Positions 46,189-56,373 of a stretch of 64,000 bases of DNA are shown here, piece after piece. The DNA lies in NCBI GenBank assembly GCA_045863295.1, contig BTWA01000014.1:32001-96000 (forward strand), written 5' to 3'. The notes beneath the pieces are model-generated. The model saw only the letters and a list, made by a program, of their open reading frames with translations, was not told the origin of the DNA and searched no databases. Position 1 is the stretch's first letter; the number at the start of each line of letters is the position of its first letter. A program made the position numbers and the translations under genes. Source of the stretch: Candidatus Hydrogenedentota bacterium. GTDB taxonomy: Bacteria; Hydrogenedentota; Hydrogenedentia; Hydrogenedentales; SLHB01.

Positions 46189-48150
46189 TTACAGCTCGAT
46201 CTGAACACCTATCTCAATCACTTGGTTGGCGGGGATACCGAAGAACCCGGTCACACCATGGGCCAACTTCGACATGGTCGCAAACAACTTGACCCGCCAT
46301 CGCGGCAAATGGCCTCGCGCGGATAGCACGATACTTTCCCGGCCCATGTAATAGCCCGTCGTGCGCCGGTCAACCGTCAAACCTTGTCGTTCAGCGAGTT
46401 CGAGTATCTCCTTGATATCCGGCGATTCCATGAAGCCATATCGCGCCTGAAGCCTGTAGAATCCGTGACCCATGTCATCGATGGTCACACGCTCGTCCGT
46501 AGTGACCGTGGATTGTTCAAGATTCAAGACTGATAGGACAATGACTCGCTCGTGAAGGACCTTGTTATATTTCAAATTGTGCAAAAGCACGACAGGAACC
46601 ATCTGCGGACTGCCTGACAGGAACACGGCCGTACCCGGTACGCGCGTCACCTCCGCGCCGGGCAACGTCACGCTGGTTACAAAGCTGTCGAAGGTCAGTG
46701 TGCGGCCATGCAACTTCTCGCGCAACGCCGCCCTGCCGATACGCCATGTGCTCATCAACAGATACGTCACGGCGGCAACCAGCAAAGCGAACCAGCCGCC
46801 GTGCGGTATCTTCAACAAGGTCGATCCCCAGAATGCGAGATCCACCACCAGAAACAGGACTGTTACTACGACGACCTTCTGTATTCGCCACTGCCACAAT
46901 TCACGCTCTACGACAGCCAGCAATACCGTTGTGATGAACATCGTCGTCGTCACCGCCACGCCATAGGCCGCGCTCAGATTGCCGGACGATTGAAATCCAA
47001 TAACCAGCCCAATCGTGCAGACCATGAGAACTGCGTTCACCGCGGGTACATAGATTTGGCCAATTTCGCGGGATGACGTATGCAGAATACGCATGCGGGG
47101 CAGGAAACCCAGCATCACGGCCTGCCGTGTGAGGGAAAACGAACCTGTAATGACCGCCTGTGACGCAATTGCGGCCGTGAGGGTGGCAAGGGCAATCATG
47201 GGGTAGAGCAATGATTCCGGAACCATTGCATAGAATGGATTGGATTTGGCGCCGGGATTCTGAAGCAACAGAGCGCCCTGACCAAAATAGTTCAGAACCA
47301 ATCCGGGCAGCGCTACCGCGAACCATCCCCACCGGATCGGGCTTCGTCCAAAATGACCCATGTCCGCATAGAGGGCCTCGCCGCCGGTAACCACCAGAAA
47401 CACGGATCCCAGTACAGTGAAACCATGCAGGCCGTTGTGCAGGAAGAACGACAATCCATACCACGGATTCACGGCCAACAGAATATGCGGCTCAGCCGCG
47501 ATCGCCCGAAGCCCGAGCACACCAATGGATCCGAACCAGAGTAACAATATCGGGCCAAACAGGGCTCCAATGCGTGCGGTTCCGTGCCGTTGAATAAGAA
47601 ACAGGCCGACCAGTATCGCTATGGAAATGGGCACGATAAACGGGTCAAATGCCTTTGTCGCCGTTCCCAAGCCTTCAACCGCACCCAACACTGAAATGGC
47701 TGGTGTAATCATGCCGTCGCCGTAGAGGAGCGCGGCGCCAAACAAACCAAGCACGACGAGCCACCTGCGCTCCTTGTCCTGTGAATTCGGATGTCTGGCG
47801 GTGCTTAGCGCCATCAATGCCAGAATTCCACCCTCGCCTCTATTGTCCGCGCGCAGGACTACCAACATATACTTGATTGAGATGATGGCGACCAACGACC
47901 AGAAAATGAGCGACAGCACACCCAGAATGTTGGGCTCGGTCGCCTGGAATCCGTGCACTCCCGAAAAGCAGTCCTTGAATGCATACAGGGGACTCGTGCC
48001 AATGTCGCCGTACACAACGCCCAAAGCGCCCAGTACGAGAATGGCCTTCGAAGGATTGGGTGTTTCTGGATTGGTCTTACTCAAGGGACACCTGAAGAAA
48101 GTTGTATCGATGATTTGGCGGGTACTACCCCCGACAGGCGGCATCGCCAT
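46189..48150 (-). CDS. kup: KUP/HAK/KT potassium uptake transporter
   Basis: LGVVYGDIGTSPLY, ADNRGEGG, GDGMITPAIS, TGGEALYADMGHFG, GQIYVP and YGFME. Confidence 0.97.
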   Translation of the reverse strand: MAMPPVGGSTRQIIDTTFFRCPLSKTNPETPNPSKAILVLGALGVVYGDIGTSPLYAFKDCFSGVHGFQATEPNILGVLSLIFWSLVAIISIKYMLVVLRADNRGEGGILALMALSTARHPNSQDKERRWLVVLGLFGAALLYGDGMITPAISVLGAVEGLGTATKAFDPFIVPISIAILVGLFLIQRHGTARIGALFGPILLLWFGSIGVLGLRAIAAEPHILLAVNPWYGLSFFLHNGLHGFTVLGSVFLVVTGGEALYADMGHFGRSPIRWGWFAVALPGLVLNYFGQGALLLQNPGAKSNPFYAMVPESLLYPMIALATLTAAIASQAVITGSFSLTRQAVMLGFLPRMRILHTSSREIGQIYVPAVNAVLMVCTIGLVIGFQSSGNLSAAYGVAVTTTMFITTVLLAVVERELWQWRIQKVVVVTVLFLVVDLAFWGSTLLKIPHGGWFALLVAAVTYLLMSTWRIGRAALREKLHGRTLTFDSFVTSVTLPGAEVTRVPGTAVFLSGSPQMVPVVLLHNLKYNKVLHERVIVLSVLNLEQSTVTTDERVTIDDMGHGFYRLQARYGFMESPDIKEILELAERQGLTVDRRTTGYYMGRESIVLSARGHLPRWRVKLFATMSKLAHGVTGFFGIPANQVIEIGVQIEL

Positions 48151-48170
48151 CGGGCGTGTCCGTCGAATCG

Positions 48171-49829
48171 TTACGCCATCGTTAACAGTACAACCAATTG
48201 CACTGAGACTACCCGCAGAATCATTGTGAGAGGGTAGACCGAAGCATACGACATGGTGGGCGCATCTGAAGAGGTCACACTGGAAGCAAAGGCAAGCGCG
48301 GGAGGATCCGTCATGCTCCCCGCGAGAAGTCCACAGACTGTTAAGAAGTTGGTTTTAAGTGCGATGCGGGCAAACAGCCCTACGACTAACAATGGCACCA
48401 GCGTAACGCACGCGCCAAGCACCAGGAAAGCCACCCCTTCGCTGCTGAATACAGTTTCCGCAAAACGCCCACCCGATTTCAGACCCACGCAGGCGAGAAA
48501 CAGCACAATCCCGAACTCGCGTAAAATGAACGAAGCGCTGTCCGGCAAATACCAAACCAGTGGCCCGATCCGGTTCACCCGGCTCAGTACAATGGCCGCC
48601 AGGAGTGGACCGCCCGCCAGCCCCAACTTCACCGGCGCGGGAATCCCCGGGATGGATATCGGTATGCTCCCGATCACCACGCCAAGCACAATTCCCGCGA
48701 ACAGTGGAATCAGATCCGGATGGCTGAGAGCCCGGGCCGAATCCCCGAGAATGGTCGCCACCTTGTCAATGTTTGCTGATTCGCCCACGCACAGGACTCG
48801 ATCGCCATACTGCAACCGAAGCTCCGCCACCACTGGCAAGTCAACGCCCGCGCGCGTCACGCGCGTGACCTGGACCTCATACCGCTTGCGCAGCCCTAGT
48901 TCGCGGACTGTCTTGCCCAGCATGCTCTTCTTCGTCACAATAAGCCGTCGCGTGGAAATCGAACTGGGCCGGCTCGACAAGTCCTCATCGGTTTTTGAAC
49001 CTACCAGCAGGCGGAGGGCATGCAGCTTGGGCTTGGTACCCACGGCCAGCACGGTATCGCCCAAATGCAATACCGTCTGCGCCGTGGCGAGGTGGATTTC
49101 GTCTCCATGTCGAACGCGGGAAATGACGACACCCGACTCTTCAAACACGGCAATTTCACCCAATACCCGGCCTTCCAGGATCGGGTTTTCCACCCGCAGA
49201 TTGACGCGCTCCAGCGGTTCAACCGAATCGTCTTTCAACTGCTCGATCTGTTGGCGCTCCGACGGGACATCCACCCGGAACAGGATACGAATAATCAGCA
49301 TGGCCAAAATGATGCCCACCACCCCAAACGGATACGCCGCCGCGTACCCCAATCCGGGCACGTCCTCTCCGGACCCTAAATCGGCCAGAACAGACTGAGC
49401 CGCTGCAAGACTCGGGGTATTGGTTGTTGCACCCGCGAGTACTCCCACAGCAGCCGGAATCGGAAGTCCCGCCATTTTTGCACCGGCCACAGCAAGAGCC
49501 ACGCCCAGCAAGACGATGGCCGCAGCCATCGCGTTCAGGGCAACCCCGTCTTTTCGGAACGCCGCCGAGAAACCCGGCCCCACCTGCAGCCCAATGGCGA
49601 ATACAAACAGAATCAGCCCCAATTCGCGGGCGAATTCCAATACTTCGTGTTGCAGCGTGAAGCCTAGGTGTCCAAAAAGCAGTCCGGCAAACAATACGCC
49701 CGCCACGCCGATGCCGACGCTGCGAATTCGCAGGCTTCCAATTGCCAACCCGGCCGAAACCACCAAGCCCAGAAGGATGATGGACCCGGCGATAGATCCA
49801 CTACGTACGAGTTCCAATAGCCAATTCAC
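48171..49829 (-). CDS. AspT/YidE/YbjL family transporter with two TrkA-C (RCK_C) domains
   Basis: GVAGVLFAGL, GLILFVFAIGLQVGPGF, GATTNTPSLAAA and GSMTDPPALAFA duplicated membrane domains flanking two RCK_C domains. Confidence 0.94.
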   Translation of the reverse strand: MNWLLELVRSGSIAGSIILLGLVVSAGLAIGSLRIRSVGIGVAGVLFAGLLFGHLGFTLQHEVLEFARELGLILFVFAIGLQVGPGFSAAFRKDGVALNAMAAAIVLLGVALAVAGAKMAGLPIPAAVGVLAGATTNTPSLAAAQSVLADLGSGEDVPGLGYAAAYPFGVVGIILAMLIIRILFRVDVPSERQQIEQLKDDSVEPLERVNLRVENPILEGRVLGEIAVFEESGVVISRVRHGDEIHLATAQTVLHLGDTVLAVGTKPKLHALRLLVGSKTDEDLSSRPSSISTRRLIVTKKSMLGKTVRELGLRKRYEVQVTRVTRAGVDLPVVAELRLQYGDRVLCVGESANIDKVATILGDSARALSHPDLIPLFAGIVLGVVIGSIPISIPGIPAPVKLGLAGGPLLAAIVLSRVNRIGPLVWYLPDSASFILREFGIVLFLACVGLKSGGRFAETVFSSEGVAFLVLGACVTLVPLLVVGLFARIALKTNFLTVCGLLAGSMTDPPALAFASSVTSSDAPTMSYASVYPLTMILRVVSVQLVVLLTMA

Positions 49830-50096
49830 AAAAGGAGAGCTTTCTAAGAGGATATGAGGTCAATTCCCCATGGATCGGGCGATCCATCGTATAATTACCT
49901 ATAGTTAGCCACAACCCGGTGGCCTAAGTCAAACAGGAGCCCGGTAATGGCTCCATTGTTGAATCCCAGTTTTTCGGCTAAAGCGGAAAATACTGGGGTT
50001 CGGTTGATTGGCTACCCAAGGTATTGTATATTCGTGGTGTCGGGACGATGTGCACACTCCGCCATCGGGGCATAGTGCATAGAGCCTTCTATAGGT

Positions 50097-51386
50097 ATGA
50101 CAGCAAATCCAAGAATGATTGAACTGGACCGGCCCCCAATCACGGAAAAGGCTATCCTCGTCCGTTTGGCCTTGCCTGACGATTCCGAACAGGAAATCGA
50201 AGATTCCATGGCGGAAATGGGCCGGCTTGCCTGGACCGCCGGTGCAGACACCGTACTTCGTGTCGTCCAGCGTCGCGCTGCGCCATGCCCGGCTACGCTG
50301 ATCGGCGCTGGCAAAGTCGAGGAGATCCGCCTCGCGGCCCAGGAGTTGAATGCGGCAATTGTCTTGGTGGATTCCGAATTGTCTCCCAAGCAGAGCACCA
50401 AACTGTCCGACGCCATTGGTGTGAAAGTAATTGACAGAACACAACTTATACTCGATATCTTTGCCCAGCGCGCACATACGAACGAAGGCAAACTTCAGGT
50501 CGAACTCGCCCAACTCGAATACGCCTTACCCCGTTTGACCGGCCATGGAATTCAATTGATGCAACAAGGTGCGGGTATAGGTACCCGGGGGCCGGGCGAA
50601 AAGAAACTCGAAGTGGATCGCCGGTATATCCGTCAGCGAATCAACCGGCTGAAGAACGACCTTGAACATGTACGAAGTCATCGACGAATTCAGCGCAAGC
50701 GGCGGACCGAGAACAACGTGGCCACGGTGGCGCTCGTGGGATATACGAACGCAGGCAAGTCGTCTCTTCTCAATGCTTTAACGAAGGCCAACGTATTCGT
50801 GGAAGACCGGCTTTTTGCCACGTTGGACCCGACCAGCCGCCGTGTCGAGTTGCCCAGCGGCCGTACCATTATCTTGACCGACACGGTAGGGTTTATTCGA
50901 AAGTTGCCTCATGGTCTGGTTGCATCGTTCCGAGCCACTCTGGAAGAAGTCCTGGAGGCCGACCTGCTTCTGCATGTCGTTGACGGGTCACACCATGCCG
51001 TGGCCGAACACATCGCAGCCGTGAATATGGTGTTGGAAGAAATCGGCGCGGAAAGCAAACCCACGTGCATGGTGTACAATAAAGCAGACATGGTGGAGGC
51101 TGGCCAGGTTGCCTGTTTGCAAACGTGCGATCCGGATTCTGTGGCCGTATCGGCGCATACAGGCCGGGGGTTGGACGATTTACTTTGCTGTGTGGATCGT
51201 CAACTCGCGGACTCGCGCCAACGGGTGAGATTGCGGATACCTCAAAGCGATGCTCGAGTCATTGCCAAGCTTCATGACCGGGGCCGAGTCTTGGGTCAGT
51301 CGTATGAAGGCAACGTGATCGTGGTCGAAGCGGAATTGGACCCGGCCCTGGCCGGTCAATTGGAGGCCTATATCGCATGCGGCTAG
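50097..51386 (+). CDS. hflX: Ribosome-splitting GTPase HflX
   Basis: DRTQLILDIFAQRA, EGKLQVELAQL, GPGEKKLEVDRR, GYTNAGKSS, LFATLDPT, DTVGF and NKAD. Confidence 0.97.
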   Translation: MTANPRMIELDRPPITEKAILVRLALPDDSEQEIEDSMAEMGRLAWTAGADTVLRVVQRRAAPCPATLIGAGKVEEIRLAAQELNAAIVLVDSELSPKQSTKLSDAIGVKVIDRTQLILDIFAQRAHTNEGKLQVELAQLEYALPRLTGHGIQLMQQGAGIGTRGPGEKKLEVDRRYIRQRINRLKNDLEHVRSHRRIQRKRRTENNVATVALVGYTNAGKSSLLNALTKANVFVEDRLFATLDPTSRRVELPSGRTIILTDTVGFIRKLPHGLVASFRATLEEVLEADLLLHVVDGSHHAVAEHIAAVNMVLEEIGAESKPTCMVYNKADMVEAGQVACLQTCDPDSVAVSAHTGRGLDDLLCCVDRQLADSRQRVRLRIPQSDARVIAKLHDRGRVLGQSYEGNVIVVEAELDPALAGQLEAYIACG

Positions 51387-51871
51387 ACAATGCGACCGCG
51401 AAGGCGACGCCGGTAGCGAAGCTGGATACCGTTCGTCCTCGCATTCGAGTTGCCGCCGTCATCTTTCGAGGCCGTGAGATTCTGCTGGCGCGCCATGAAA
51501 AAGCAGGGCGGTCGTATTGGTTGTTGCCCGGCGGTGGCGTGGAGTTTGGAGAATCTCTCTGCGAAGCGTTGGTGCGCGAGCTGAAAGAAGAAGCGAATTT
51601 GACCATTGAAGTGGGCAATGTCTTATTCGTGAATGATATGATAGCGCCGGAACGCGATCGGCATGTAGTCCACATATTCTTCTCGGCCACTGTCATGGCC
51701 GGGGAATTGAAATGCGGCGCCGACCACCGGCTCAAGGAAGTCTGTTATGTGCCGATGGAAGAACTGGCCGCATTGACGTTGTTTCCGCCGGTATATGATT
51801 CCTTGTTGAGGGCGACACAGGCGAAACGCGAAGACTTCGCACCCTACCTGGGTGCGTTGTGGGCCGATTGA
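51377..51871 (+). CDS. NUDIX hydrolase
   Basis: Nudix box in WLLPGGGVEFGESLCEALVRELKEE. Confidence 0.92.
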   Translation: MRLDNATAKATPVAKLDTVRPRIRVAAVIFRGREILLARHEKAGRSYWLLPGGGVEFGESLCEALVRELKEEANLTIEVGNVLFVNDMIAPERDRHVVHIFFSATVMAGELKCGADHRLKEVCYVPMEELAALTLFPPVYDSLLRATQAKREDFAPYLGALWAD

Positions 51872-51920
51872 GAATCCGCTGCAAGGGTATCTGGGGTAAT
51901 CAGTCAAACCAAGGGGTTGG

Positions 51921-53387
51921 TTGATGCGGGTAGCTTTTCTGAATCCCATGTTTGGGAAGGACTTTACAAAGTCCGCCCGGTGGTTTGCCCGTTCCCGTGG
52001 CCGCGTTCAGCGGCACCCTGATTATTTTTGCATTGCAGCGGCCACGGTGGAACACGCCGGCCACGAAATCCTGTTTCTTGATGCGCAAGCGAAGAATATG
52101 ACGACCGAAGAAGCCTTGCCGCGTCTGCAGACGTTTCATCCTGATATGGTGGTTTACCAGACCACGACTCCCTCTATTTATGCCGACATTGAATCAGCCC
52201 GCCTGTGCAAGGAGAAACTAGGCGGGCTGCACGTTATGATTGGTCCGCACGTGACGGCCGAGCCTGAAGACACGCTCAAGGCCGCCGATGGCGCCGTGGA
52301 TGCCGTTGCCATAGCGGAGTATGATTACACGTTGCGCGACCTCGCCAATGGCGTTGCCGTCAAGGATTGCGAAGGCGTCGCCTGGATGGACGGCGGCCGC
52401 TACGTCCGGAATGCCGACCGGCCGTATATAGAGAATCTCGATGAGCTTCCATTTCCCGCGTGGAAGCATATTGACATCGAAGACTACCACGACTTTGGCA
52501 AACTTTTCCCCTTTCTCACGCTCATCAGTGGCCGGGGATGCCGGGCCAAGTGTACCTACTGCCAGCTGCCCCAAGTGATGAATGGCCACAGCTACCGCAC
52601 GCGCAGTGTGGAGAACGTAGTCGACGAAATGGAATACGACAAGCGGCTCTTTCCCAACTTGAAAGAGATCATGTTTGAGGACGACACGCTGACCATGCGC
52701 AGCCATCAGGATCGAATGGTGGCACTCTGCGAAGAGATGATCCGGCGCAATGTTGGTATTTCATGGAGCGCCAATGCGCGGGTCGATGTGAACGATCTCG
52801 ACGTATTGAAGATTATGAAGCGCGCGGGGTGCCGCTGGCTTTGTGTCGGGTTTGAATTTGGCGATCAAGAAGTCCTGAATCGCGTAAAGAAGGGCGCCAC
52901 GGTCAAGCAGATGCACACCTTCGCCGAGAATGCGCACAAGGCGGGAATCCGCGTGCATGGCTGTTTCATGTTTGGAGGCCCAGGTGAGACTGTGGATACA
53001 TGCCGCAAGACCATCGACATGTCTTTAAAATTGCCCATCGACACGGCGCAATTTACGGCGGTGGTGGCCTATCCGGGTACGACGTATTATCAGTGGGCCA
53101 AAGAGAGCGGATTTCTGAAACAGCGCAACTGGCGGGATTGGGTGGACAAGGATTTCGAGCAACAATCCACGCAGGAGTTTCCCGGGCTGGGGACGAACGA
53201 GATTAATTCCTTTATCGACGAAGGGTTGAAGCGATTCTATTTGCGCCCCGCGCAGATGTGGCGAATGGCACGCAACATGCAGAATATGGCAGATGTCCGG
53301 GCTAAATTGCATGGGTTCAAGAGTTTTGTTGACTACTTTGTAGGCAAAGACAAGAAGCCCTTTGTTGGGGCGGTGGGGAACAACTGA
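51921..53387 (+). CDS. B12-binding radical SAM protein (HpnJ-like)
   Basis: N-terminal cobalamin-binding domain (FLNP...IGPHVT), GRGCRAKCTYC, FEDDT, VGFEFG and YPGT. Confidence 0.92.
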   Translation: MMRVAFLNPMFGKDFTKSARWFARSRGRVQRHPDYFCIAAATVEHAGHEILFLDAQAKNMTTEEALPRLQTFHPDMVVYQTTTPSIYADIESARLCKEKLGGLHVMIGPHVTAEPEDTLKAADGAVDAVAIAEYDYTLRDLANGVAVKDCEGVAWMDGGRYVRNADRPYIENLDELPFPAWKHIDIEDYHDFGKLFPFLTLISGRGCRAKCTYCQLPQVMNGHSYRTRSVENVVDEMEYDKRLFPNLKEIMFEDDTLTMRSHQDRMVALCEEMIRRNVGISWSANARVDVNDLDVLKIMKRAGCRWLCVGFEFGDQEVLNRVKKGATVKQMHTFAENAHKAGIRVHGCFMFGGPGETVDTCRKTIDMSLKLPIDTAQFTAVVAYPGTTYYQWAKESGFLKQRNWRDWVDKDFEQQSTQEFPGLGTNEINSFIDEGLKRFYLRPAQMWRMARNMQNMADVRAKLHGFKSFVDYFVGKDKKPFVGAVGNN

Positions 53388-53819
53388 ATGACGTGCCGAA
53401 GTCTGTTGATTGCTTTAGTGCTGGGATTGGTGTTGCCGGGATGCCTTTCGATGCGGCCCGCGACGCAGTTCGAGGATCCCAACGGAAACACCAAGTTACA
53501 CGTGTACTACGCAAGGCATCATTTGTCTGCAACACCGACCGACATTCAGGTGTACATCGATGGGCGGACCTATGCGGACCGCCGGTTCAGCATGCAATCG
53601 GGGCAACAGGATCAGATGTGGCGGTTCTCGCTTGCCGATGGACCGCACACGATTCGTTGCACGTCCAAGAAGGCCAACAAAGAATTGACCCAGAATTTCG
53701 AAGTGAAGGGGCGGTGCTTTATTGTCGTCACTTTTGTCTCCAGAACACAGGAAGGTGACGCCGCATTCCAAATATTCACTTCGGACGAACCCATTCCCGT
53801 GCCCCCGCCGGGAGTGTAG
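53388..53819 (+). CDS. Hypothetical lipoprotein
   Basis: Lipobox LVLPG|C after a hydrophobic stretch, followed by a small beta-rich domain. Fills the gap between rSAM genes exactly. Confidence 0.7.
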   Translation: MTCRSLLIALVLGLVLPGCLSMRPATQFEDPNGNTKLHVYYARHHLSATPTDIQVYIDGRTYADRRFSMQSGQQDQMWRFSLADGPHTIRCTSKKANKELTQNFEVKGRCFIVVTFVSRTQEGDAAFQIFTSDEPIPVPPPGV

Positions 53820-53827
53820 GAGCATTC

Positions 53828-54961
53828 ATGGCACACGTGCCCGTCGACAAAACACCATGGACGTCGCGATCCGTCGCGCCCGACGGTAAGGTCATCCGCG
53901 TCGGTGACGAAGCCAAGAAGAACGTATTCGACAATCTGGATAGCCGAATACTTACACACTGGCACGAAGCGAAAATGATTAAAGACGGCCAGATGCCTCC
54001 GCCGCGAACGGCCATTGTTTATCCGACGTACGTGTGCAATCAGGATTGCCTTTGGTGCGAGTACAATGCGGAGAACACGAACAAGCAATTGGATCGCGTG
54101 ATGTCCGCGGAGAATTTGCGCAAGCTGATCTGGGACTTGCGGGATCTTGGCGTCAAGGGCATCGAATTCTGTGGTGGCGGCGAGCCTACCTTGCATCCCG
54201 CGCTGCCTGCCCTGATACGGGAAATGAAGGCGGACGGCCTCAGCATAGGCTTGCTGACCAATGGAACCAAACTCTATGGCGAACTGGCAGACGCCCTGGT
54301 GGATTGCGCCAGTTACGTTCGCGTCGGATTTGACGGGGCGACCCCCGAAACCGCCAATGCCGTGAAGCGTCCGCGCACGCCTGAGGCGCGATTCGAGCGA
54401 GTCTGCCAAAACATAAAGGCAATGGTGCAAGACCGGAACAGCAAGGGTACGGATGCGAAGATCAGCATCAAGGTGGTGCTCGATCAGAACAACTATCACG
54501 AAATAGAGCCATGCGTACAACTCGCACTTGATATGGGCGTGGACAGTATCCAGTTTAAGGCCGCGCGGTTGTGTCCTTCCGAGTTGACCGACGCCGAGAG
54601 CGATCGGGCAAACGCCATGATCGATCATTGCAAGTCTGCTTACCCTTCGATGATCGTGGTTGGCGGCACCGCCAAGATCAATATGCACACTCATTGCTGG
54701 CTCACGCCTTTGCAGGTTACCGTGGATACGATGGGCGATGTGTATTTATGCTGCTATTACCGGCATCGCAAGGAATCCCACACGATTGGCAACTGCTTTG
54801 AAACGCCGCTCAAAGACTTGTGGTACAGCGACGACCATTGGACTGCCATCAATGGCATCAAAGCGCATGAGTGCAACAACCTCGATTGCCGATTTGTGCG
54901 GTACAACCAGATCATGGACGAAGTCATGGGGTCGAGTGACGCTCAATTCGAGTTCATCTGA
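53828..54961 (+). CDS. Radical SAM protein with SPASM/twitch domain
   Basis: CNQDCLWC, GGGEPTL and LTNG. C-terminal HCW...GDVYLCC...IGN...C...DC. AGGAG RBS. Confidence 0.92.
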   Translation: MAHVPVDKTPWTSRSVAPDGKVIRVGDEAKKNVFDNLDSRILTHWHEAKMIKDGQMPPPRTAIVYPTYVCNQDCLWCEYNAENTNKQLDRVMSAENLRKLIWDLRDLGVKGIEFCGGGEPTLHPALPALIREMKADGLSIGLLTNGTKLYGELADALVDCASYVRVGFDGATPETANAVKRPRTPEARFERVCQNIKAMVQDRNSKGTDAKISIKVVLDQNNYHEIEPCVQLALDMGVDSIQFKAARLCPSELTDAESDRANAMIDHCKSAYPSMIVVGGTAKINMHTHCWLTPLQVTVDTMGDVYLCCYYRHRKESHTIGNCFETPLKDLWYSDDHWTAINGIKAHECNNLDCRFVRYNQIMDEVMGSSDAQFEFI

Positions 54962-54963
54962 AA

Positions 54964-56373
54964 ATGAAAGTCTTGTTGCTCAATCCGCCAGGACCTTTTT
55001 GCAGAGCCGGATCCCGCTGGCCGCACAAGCGTAAATTGCGTGCCACAGGAATTGATTATCATCCCTTTCCCTTTCAACTGGCCTATGCGGCATCTCGCCT
55101 TCGCGAACAAGGGCACGAGGTCCGTATTCTGGACTGTATTGCGTTGTCCATGCCTCTGGACGAGTTGGAATCTGAAACCGCGGTTTTCAATCCCGATGTG
55201 CTCTTTATGGAAACGAGCGCGCCCAGTTGGTCCTGGGACCTGGCGACCCTGCGGGCCCTTAAGAAGCCCGTAATTGCGGGCGGCGCGCATGCCACGGCAA
55301 CGCCAAGGGAGCACCTGGACGCAGGATTCGCCGCGGTTATTAAGGGAGAGTACGATCAGTTTCTGGGAGCGGCATTGTCTTTGACACCGCAGCCTTGGCT
55401 CGCGCTCCCCGGTCATGATGCGGAATCCTACGCGCCGCTGATCAGTGACTTGGATGCAATACCCTATCCGGCGTGGGATCTCATGCCCATGCACAAATAC
55501 AATGACCCGTTCTGCAAGGGCACTACGGTTACGGTGTTGACGTCGCGCGGTTGTCCGTGGAATTGCGGTTTTTGCACGATTGCGCCATTCGAGGGGAAGC
55601 GAAACTATCGCCGGCGCGATCCCAAGGCCGTTTGCGATGAGATTGCGGTCCTTATTGAGCGTTACAAACCGGACGAAATCTACTTCGACGACGATACAAT
55701 TACGATCAACCGGAAGCATATTCTTGCCCTATGTGACGAATATAAGTCGCGAAATTTCGGCCTTCCCTTCAGTTGCATGGGCAATGCAGTCATCGATCGC
55801 GAAGTCGTCTTTGCCATGGCTGATGCCGGATGCCGTGCCATAAAGTTCGGCGTGGAGAGTGCCGATCCCGAAGTGTTGCGGCGGATTCCAAAAGACCAGG
55901 ATCCAGGGGAAGTGGCGCGCACGGTGCGGGACTGCAACGAAGCGGGCATTCAGTGCCACGCCAATTTCCTTCTGGGTCTTGCCGGTGAAACGAGGGAGAG
56001 CGCGCGGCGAACTATCGAGTTCGCCCTCAACCTTGGCACGCAGACGCTTCAGTTTGCCATCGCGACCCCGTATCCGGGGACGGCCTTTTACGACGAGGCC
56101 AAGCGCAACGGTTGGCTGACCAAGGAGAGTTGGATGCAGTTCAACCCCAGCGGCGAGGCAGTCCTGTCGTATCCCGATTACTCCGCCGATGACATTGCGG
56201 CCATGCATGCGTATGCGTGGAACCGCTGGCGCCGCCACATGTTATTGCACCGGCCGCAAACCATTGTGCATCACTTTGGCAACGCCTTCCGACGCGAAGG
56301 AGTGTCCGGCATGGTGCGCTTGGGCGCCTACGGCGCATCGCGCCTCTTCAGCGCCCTCGGAGCCCACGCGTGA
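54964..56373 (+). CDS. B12-binding radical SAM protein (HpnJ-like)
   Basis: LLNPP...AGSRWP, GGAHAT, SRGCPWNCGFC, FDDDT, FGVES and PYPGT. Confidence 0.92.
   Translation: MKVLLLNPPGPFCRAGSRWPHKRKLRATGIDYHPFPFQLAYAASRLREQGHEVRILDCIALSMPLDELESETAVFNPDVLFMETSAPSWSWDLATLRALKKPVIAGGAHATATPREHLDAGFAAVIKGEYDQFLGAALSLTPQPWLALPGHDAESYAPLISDLDAIPYPAWDLMPMHKYNDPFCKGTTVTVLTSRGCPWNCGFCTIAPFEGKRNYRRRDPKAVCDEIAVLIERYKPDEIYFDDDTITINRKHILALCDEYKSRNFGLPFSCMGNAVIDREVVFAMADAGCRAIKFGVESADPEVLRRIPKDQDPGEVARTVRDCNEAGIQCHANFLLGLAGETRESARRTIEFALNLGTQTLQFAIATPYPGTAFYDEAKRNGWLTKESWMQFNPSGEAVLSYPDYSADDIAAMHAYAWNRWRRHMLLHRPQTIVHHFGNAFRREGVSGMVRLGAYGASRLFSALGAHA

Noticed and set aside
49958..50020. c-di-AMP (ydaO) riboswitch-like GTTGAATCCC...GGG near K+ transporters
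   Set aside because: It is on the wrong strand for the transporters, and the downstream conserved elements are missing.
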